Below, in pieces: positions 58,840 to 64,000 of a DNA stretch of 64,000 nt. The DNA comes from Thermodesulfobacteriota bacterium (GTDB lineage Bacteria; Desulfobacterota; WTBG01; CAIYCZ01; CAIRTM01). How positions within the stretch are numbered: the stretch's first letter is position 1; each line of letters starts with the position of its first letter. Where the stretch lies: contig JANQFE010000024.1 of NCBI GenBank assembly GCA_028278025.1, positions 11,128-75,127 of the forward strand, in the 5' to 3' direction. A program made the position numbers and the translations under genes. The notes below the pieces were generated by a model. The model made no database searches, was not told the origin of the DNA, and worked only from the letters and a program-made list of their open reading frames with translations.

Positions 58840-59127
58840 ATGAAAACAGCCTGCAGCCTGTTCTGTATTCTTATTATGTTTATGAGCGGATGTGCCCCGG
58901 CTATCAGGGTGATGCATTTTACTGACAGCACATATTCACCAACCGGCAGGGTTGAGGTATTCAGAACCGCTCTGCCGCAGCGCCCCTATACCGAGATTGC
59001 CCAGCTTGAGACATCCGCACATGATGAAAAGGCTGTTTCACTGTTGAGAGCAAAGGCCCGGGAAATTGGGGCTGATGCTATTATCCTGATTGGTGAGGCA
59101 TACCGCGGGACCTCTTATGGATATTAA
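58840..59127 (+). CDS. Small lipoprotein, hypothetical
   Basis: Signal peptide plus lipobox (FMSGC). Confidence 0.45.
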   Translation: MKTACSLFCILIMFMSGCAPAIRVMHFTDSTYSPTGRVEVFRTALPQRPYTEIAQLETSAHDEKAVSLLRAKAREIGADAIILIGEAYRGTSYGY

Positions 59128-59859
59128 CCACTTGGTCGATCAAAAAACTGATTGCTATCGCTGCCAAGTACAATAAGTAAACGGCTCGATGGTTGTCTTG
59201 TTCCCGTCAGAGTAAGTGTCACAATTTTTTCAAAGCTCCTCATCGCTCATGCAAGCATACCCTTGTACTGTTCACCACAGCTTCTTCCTTTAAAGTGCTA
59301 CATAGTATCAAATCCTATCAGAAGACAAGGGCCTGATCAACCGCAGATGTGGTTTGAAAGGGTGAGCATACAAAGTTTTAACAATATATTAACAGTACAT
59401 TAACTGTCTCACCTTTCCATTTCAAAATGTCATCTTATTCCCGTAATTAATCATTATTTTATCATAGTCTAACAAACCATTAACAGAGTTCTGCGATCAT
59501 AGTTAAATCCGAAAAACAATATCTAACCAGCTGAAAAGGGGGTGATAGTCGCAACTCTGATTTCATACATTATTTTACGTCTAGCCCGCATTATTCATCA
59601 GCATGTAGTGAACGCACTATCCCCTGGTGTTTACTACAAAAAAACCTTCCGGCACGCCTGCCGCCGGTGGCATCGGATTGGGCTGCAAAGGCGGTGCGAG
59701 CGATGTCTGGTAATCAAGAAAACAGCTGTTTTTGCGAGCACATAGCCTGAAGCACGCAGCCCGATGCCGCAGGCCGACCGCTAATAATCATGAATAATGC
59801 GGGCTAGCAATGACCCTCGCTTAAAAGGCGAAGCTTTAAGCTGCCCCCTGTACGGGGGC

Positions 59860-60052
59860 TTTTGATCCCATTGCAACGCAGCCGAGTGCAGTGGTTGCTC
59901 TGCGGATCAAGGAGGCAAACTGTTTGAGCGTAGTGAGTTTTTGCCTCCGCCGCAGGCAAGCACTGCATGAGGGTATCCGTCTTTGGCGGGCAAGTTGCAG
60001 GGTGGCCTTTCTTTTGCATACTTTTCTTTGGCCAAACAAAGAAAAGTATGGG
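59860..60052. repeat. Composite hairpin repeat (family D), longer copy with an internal insertion
   Basis: cccattgcaacgcagccgagtgcag ... caagttgcagggtggcctttctttt ... catacttttctttggccaaacaaagaaaagtatg (14-bp stem). Confidence 0.55.
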
Positions 60053-60244
60053 TGTTGAAAGCGATCTTTTCTTTTAACAACTTTAATGTTCCTCCCCGAA
60101 TCGTTCAAAACGATTCTGTTTAAGACCCTGAGCTATGACGAAGGGGCGCACGGTTGAAAGTCGCAGATCCGCCTCGGGAGAGCCGTGAGTTTAGAAATTT
60201 AACTAACCTTTTAAATCATAAATTTCTCAAAAGGAGAAGAACCA

Positions 60245-63200
60245 ATGAAAAAAAGTTTCTCTACTATAATCGCAGTCCTGTTATGTGTGCTGCTGCCGGC
60301 AACATACGTCTTCGGACAACCCATATCAGCTGCAAAAATAGCCGGCTTTGCAATTGAAGATGCCGAGATTGCAACCTATTCCGCTGAACACCAGGCTGTG
60401 TACATCTCTGCCAAGTCAACCATAGAAATCATCAGCATTGCTGACCCTGCCGCCCCTGATGTAAGCAGCAAGATCAGCATTGACATTTCAGCGTACGGAA
60501 GCGCAGTAAACAGCGTTGCGGTCTATGGCGATCTTGTGGCCGCAGCAGTTGAAAATGAAGATGCACAGGCCAACGGCAGCGTTGTCTTCTTTGATCATGC
60601 CGGCACCTTCCTGGCCGGTTTCGATGCCGGGGCCCTGCCCGATATGGTCACGTTCACACCCGACGGGAACTATGTGCTCGTGGCAAACGAAGGCGAGCCC
60701 AATGATGAATACACGCTTGATCCGGAAGGCAGCCTTACCGTTATTGACATCTCCCAGGGCTTGGCGCAGGCACAGGTTACCCAGGTCGGATTCACATCCT
60801 TCAACAGCAGTAAAGACGACCTCATTGCTGAAGGCATACGTATTTTCGGTCCCGGGGCAACCGTGGCACAGGATTTGGAACCTGAATATATTGCTGTTTC
60901 TGATGATTCACATACCGCCTGGGTCACACTCCAGGAAAATAACGCTGTTGCAGAGCTTGATATTGCCACTAAAACTGTTAGCGCCATCCATCCGCTTGGT
61001 TATAAAAGTTACGACTCCCGGAGCAGGGGGATTGATGCAAGCGATAAAGACGGCGCTATCAATATCCGGCGCTACCCGGTCCTGGGGATGTACCAGCCCG
61101 ATGCAATTGCGGCTTTCAATCACGCAGGACGTACCTACCTGATAACAGCAAATGAGGGCGATGCCCGGGATTACGACGGCTTCAGCGAAGAGGCCCGTGT
61201 TGAAGACCTGACCCTTGATCCTGAGGCTTTTCCTGAAGCCGGAGCGCTGCAGGCAGCGGATGTGCTGGGACGACTGAAAACGTCAACAGTCATGGGCGAT
61301 ACCGACAGTGATGGCGATAATGATCTGATTTACAGTTACGGCGCACGGTCCTTTTCCGTTTGGAAGCCTCACAAAGGTACATTGAAACAACAATATGACA
61401 GCGGAAACAAACTGGCCAAAATCACAGCAGCACTTCATCCTGAAGCATTCAACTGCAATGACGGAATAATAAGCGAATTCGACAAGCGCAGCGATGACAA
61501 AGGCATTGAGCCGGAAGGGGTCACCGTCGGTACAATCGGCGATAGACGCTATGCCTTCATCGGCCTTGAGCGTGGTCTCGGCGGTATCATGATATTTGAT
61601 ATCACTAACCCGCGGGAGCCCGCCTTTGTCACCTGGGTACTCTCCAATAACGGCAGCGGAGCAGACGGGAACGACATTGCACCCGAGGGTATAGCGTTCA
61701 TCGCTCCGGAAAGCAGTCCTAACGGCAAAGCGCTGCTGGTCGGTACGTTTGAAGAAAGCGGCTCGGTAGCAATCTATGAACTGTCATTGCAACAGGACAC
61801 GCAGATATCCATTGCTCCGCAGGCCGGAACTATCGGCACCTCCCTCATCATAACGGGCCACAATTTCGGCAGCAAATCCGGCAAGGTACGGATCGGCAAT
61901 AAAAGCGCAAAAACAATCCTGTGGACTGACACGCTGATTCAGTGCACACTCTTTAATCAGATGAAGCCCGGCACATACGATGTAACCATAACACCTTACA
62001 AAGCTGAACCGATCCTTTTCAGTGATTATTATACTGTCAGTCTTCCCGAGGTATCTACCATCGATCCCCCGCAGGGGGCTGCTGCCGGAGAATCCGTTAT
62101 GCTGACCGGAAAGTATTTCGGTTCGGCAAAGGCCAAACTGAGAGTGTATCTATACGACGGCTGCTCAAAAACGATTGCACCAGACCTGACGTATACAATG
62201 GACCCGCTTACCGGCGAAAGCACCTGTACGTTCACTATGCCCGATCTGCCGCCCAGCACTTATGATCTCAAGCTACGCACCTTGATTGGATGGTCGGAAC
62301 CGATCCCGTACGAATGCATCAACCCTGATTACCAGGACCTGCGCACCATCTCTGTCGTCAGCACCAATGATTTTCACGGTGCCCTTGTCGGCAGGGTACA
62401 CTCCTGGTCAAACGGTGATGCGGTTGGAGGTGCCGACTGGCTGGCAGGCTACCTGAACATTATCCGTGATGAAAATCCCAAAGGCTATCTGTTTGTTGAC
62501 GCCGGAGATATGATGCAGGGTACGCTCACCTCAAACTACTTTTATGGTGAACCGACCATTGACGTGTTCAACGAAATGGACCTGAAAGCTACCGCACTGG
62601 GCAATCACGAGTTTGACTGGGGATTGAGTATACTGGCTGACCGCATGGCGCAGGCTGGTTTCCCGTTTATATCCGCCAACATTATGTACCGCGATCATAA
62701 AGACCGTTTGCGGCACTGGTGCACCCCCTACATCATTAAGAAGATCAACGGTATTAAGGTCGGCATTATCGGACTCACCACTACCGACACTCCCATTATT
62801 ACCAATCCGGTTCATGTGGCCGACCTGGAGTTCGTTGAACCCGCTGCTGCCGTAACCGGCCTTATCCCCGAACTGCAACAAAAGGGGGTAACCATGGTTG
62901 TTGTCGTTGCTCACATGGGCGGGTTCTGGAACAGCAGCAGTGCAGCAGTGGAAGGAGAAGTTGCCGACCTGGCCTGTGCGCTTGATGCCGATGATGTTGA
63001 TCTTATTGTCTCAGGGCATACCCACTCACGCATTGACGAGGTGATTTGTGACATACCGGTCGTCCAGGCCTATTCAGGCGGTACGGCCTTTGCCCGGGTC
63101 GACGTTAGCGTGGATGTGTACAATAAAAGGGTTGTCGGATATGACATGAACGAATTCCCAACCACAACATACCAGACATACAGCGGCAGTCCGGCAACCT

Positions 63201-63871
63201 ATGAGGGAGTTACGGTTTCTCCGGACCCGAACGTTGCTGCAATTGTCGGCTTGTATGAAGCCCAGATAGACGATATCAAAAACCAGGTGCTGGGCCAAAC
63301 AACAGCCCCAATTACCCGCCAGTACAGATATGAGTCCGTCATGGGCGACTGGGTCACGGACATCATGCGCACCTATGAGTCCGGTATTGACTTCGCGCTC
63401 ACCAACAGCGGCGGCCTGCGTACGGATATTGATGCCGGCGACATTACCTTTGGTGAGGTCTACGAAGCACTTCCCTTTGACAACTCGCTGGTTGTGGTAG
63501 AGCTTGACGGAAATGAAGTACGTCAGGTGTTGGAAGAAGGTGTCACCGGTGCCCACGGTGTTGTCCAGGTGTCAGGCCTGCAGTTTACCTTCGATTATGA
63601 CGCACCCGCCGGAAGCCGCATTATCGGAGATATTATTGACCTGAACACCAGCTTGCCGATCGATCCGGTCGCCTTGTACCAGGTTGCCGTAAATGACTTC
63701 ATGGCAAACGGCGGTGACGGCTATGCTACCCTGGCTGCCAACCCGCAAACAAATACCTTCTTTCTGGTGCGGGATATCGTTGTCAGCTGGATCATGGCCA
63801 ACTCACCCTTCACAGCACCTGACCCGACGGTTGAGCAGCGTATGACTGCCTTAGGCACACCACCATCATAA
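60245..63871 (+). CDS. Large secreted multidomain protein: N-terminal beta-propeller-like domain, IPT/TIG domains and a C-terminal calcineurin-like 5'-nucleotidase/phosphodiesterase (UshA-like)
   Basis: AAGGAGAAGAA ribosome-binding site, signal peptide; IPT/TIG patterns (GTSLIITGHNFGSKSG...YDVTITP; GESVMLTGKYFGSAKA); metallophosphatase motifs (STNDFHG, GNHEFD, VVAHMG, SGHTHS); 5'-nucleotidase C-domain. Confidence 0.8.
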   Translation: MKKSFSTIIAVLLCVLLPATYVFGQPISAAKIAGFAIEDAEIATYSAEHQAVYISAKSTIEIISIADPAAPDVSSKISIDISAYGSAVNSVAVYGDLVAAAVENEDAQANGSVVFFDHAGTFLAGFDAGALPDMVTFTPDGNYVLVANEGEPNDEYTLDPEGSLTVIDISQGLAQAQVTQVGFTSFNSSKDDLIAEGIRIFGPGATVAQDLEPEYIAVSDDSHTAWVTLQENNAVAELDIATKTVSAIHPLGYKSYDSRSRGIDASDKDGAINIRRYPVLGMYQPDAIAAFNHAGRTYLITANEGDARDYDGFSEEARVEDLTLDPEAFPEAGALQAADVLGRLKTSTVMGDTDSDGDNDLIYSYGARSFSVWKPHKGTLKQQYDSGNKLAKITAALHPEAFNCNDGIISEFDKRSDDKGIEPEGVTVGTIGDRRYAFIGLERGLGGIMIFDITNPREPAFVTWVLSNNGSGADGNDIAPEGIAFIAPESSPNGKALLVGTFEESGSVAIYELSLQQDTQISIAPQAGTIGTSLIITGHNFGSKSGKVRIGNKSAKTILWTDTLIQCTLFNQMKPGTYDVTITPYKAEPILFSDYYTVSLPEVSTIDPPQGAAAGESVMLTGKYFGSAKAKLRVYLYDGCSKTIAPDLTYTMDPLTGESTCTFTMPDLPPSTYDLKLRTLIGWSEPIPYECINPDYQDLRTISVVSTNDFHGALVGRVHSWSNGDAVGGADWLAGYLNIIRDENPKGYLFVDAGDMMQGTLTSNYFYGEPTIDVFNEMDLKATALGNHEFDWGLSILADRMAQAGFPFISANIMYRDHKDRLRHWCTPYIIKKINGIKVGIIGLTTTDTPIITNPVHVADLEFVEPAAAVTGLIPELQQKGVTMVVVVAHMGGFWNSSSAAVEGEVADLACALDADDVDLIVSGHTHSRIDEVICDIPVVQAYSGGTAFARVDVSVDVYNKRVVGYDMNEFPTTTYQTYSGSPATYEGVTVSPDPNVAAIVGLYEAQIDDIKNQVLGQTTAPITRQYRYESVMGDWVTDIMRTYESGIDFALTNSGGLRTDIDAGDITFGEVYEALPFDNSLVVVELDGNEVRQVLEEGVTGAHGVVQVSGLQFTFDYDAPAGSRIIGDIIDLNTSLPIDPVALYQVAVNDFMANGGDGYATLAANPQTNTFFLVRDIVVSWIMANSPFTAPDPTVEQRMTALGTPPS

Positions 63872-63888
63872 ACGTTTTCAATAACAAT

Positions 63889-63926
63889 AACGGAGCAGGG
63901 TTTCATCTAACCCTGCTCCGTTTTAT
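63889..63926 (+). terminator. Rho-independent terminator
   Basis: cggagcaggg-tttcatctaa-ccctgctccg followed by ttttatt. Confidence 0.7.
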
Positions 63927-63957
63927 TCGTTACCCGGCACTCAGAACTCAACACTTA

Positions 63958-63990
63958 TCTATCATCCTGTCTAACAAGTGTCTGCCTCAT
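63958..63990. repeat. Partial family A element at the window edge
   Basis: tatcatcctgtctaacaag matches the 3' arm of subtype 2 (atcctgtctaaca). Confidence 0.35.
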
Positions 63991-64000
63991 TTTATTTAAA

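Noticed and set aside
1-64000. tRNA / rRNA / tmRNA / RNase P search
   Set aside because: I scanned for T-loop-like GGTTCGAATCC/GTTCGA(A/G)TC motifs and their complements and for RNase P/SRP conserved boxes. None were found. No RNA genes are called.

Overview
This 64 kb window is a gene-dense chromosomal segment that looks like a strictly anaerobic Desulfobacterota/deltaproteobacterial genome. Supporting genes include 2-oxoacid:ferredoxin oxidoreductase, tungsten-type aldehyde:ferredoxin oxidoreductase, MetF, several radical SAM enzymes, many CspA-type cold-shock proteins and RRM RNA-binding proteins, and GAF/HAMP sensor kinases. I support about 53 coding regions. They include two two-component modules, an MFS/TonB uptake set, a KorAB plus GltD-like oxidoreductase operon, a stress island (di-heme cytochrome c peroxidase, Fur/PerR, S21, SurA, SlyD, Hsp20) and two very large secreted Thr-rich proteins. 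I found no rRNA, tRNA or CRISPR array. The strongest candidate for an undescribed system is at 11.3-13.7 kb. A 40-aa ORF that the six-frame track missed has a strong ribosome-binding site and a possible attenuator/terminator hairpin (7-bp stem, U-run) directly downstream. It lies just upstream of a 726-aa radical-SAM/SPASM enzyme whose N-terminus resembles a peptide-recognition element and which carries an unexplained ~300-aa C-terminal extension. A TGCGTA-type palindromic operator sits upstream and a TonB-dependent receptor is adjacent. This is the signature of a RiPP-like precursor-plus-maturase cluster. Other notable points follow. (1) At least three intergenic repeat families occur, including a ~90-bp palindromic MITE/REP-like element in five or six copies, one of which supplies the 3' end of a PHP gene. 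(2) Gene remnants occur in the csp/RRM neighbourhood, including a duplicated csp 5' fragment, a SYLF-domain 3' fragment and a possible 5' frameshift in a GT83-like gene. (3) A B12-binding radical SAM enzyme is fused to a STAS domain and flanked by RNA chaperone genes. (4) A sensor kinase is fused to a degenerate HD-GYP-like domain. (5) A MarR-type palindromic operator is shared between the marR promoter and the AOR promoter. (6) Two GC-rich intergenic regions have long-range stems suggestive of structured RNAs. All protein calls rest on motif recognition by eye. No database searches were run.
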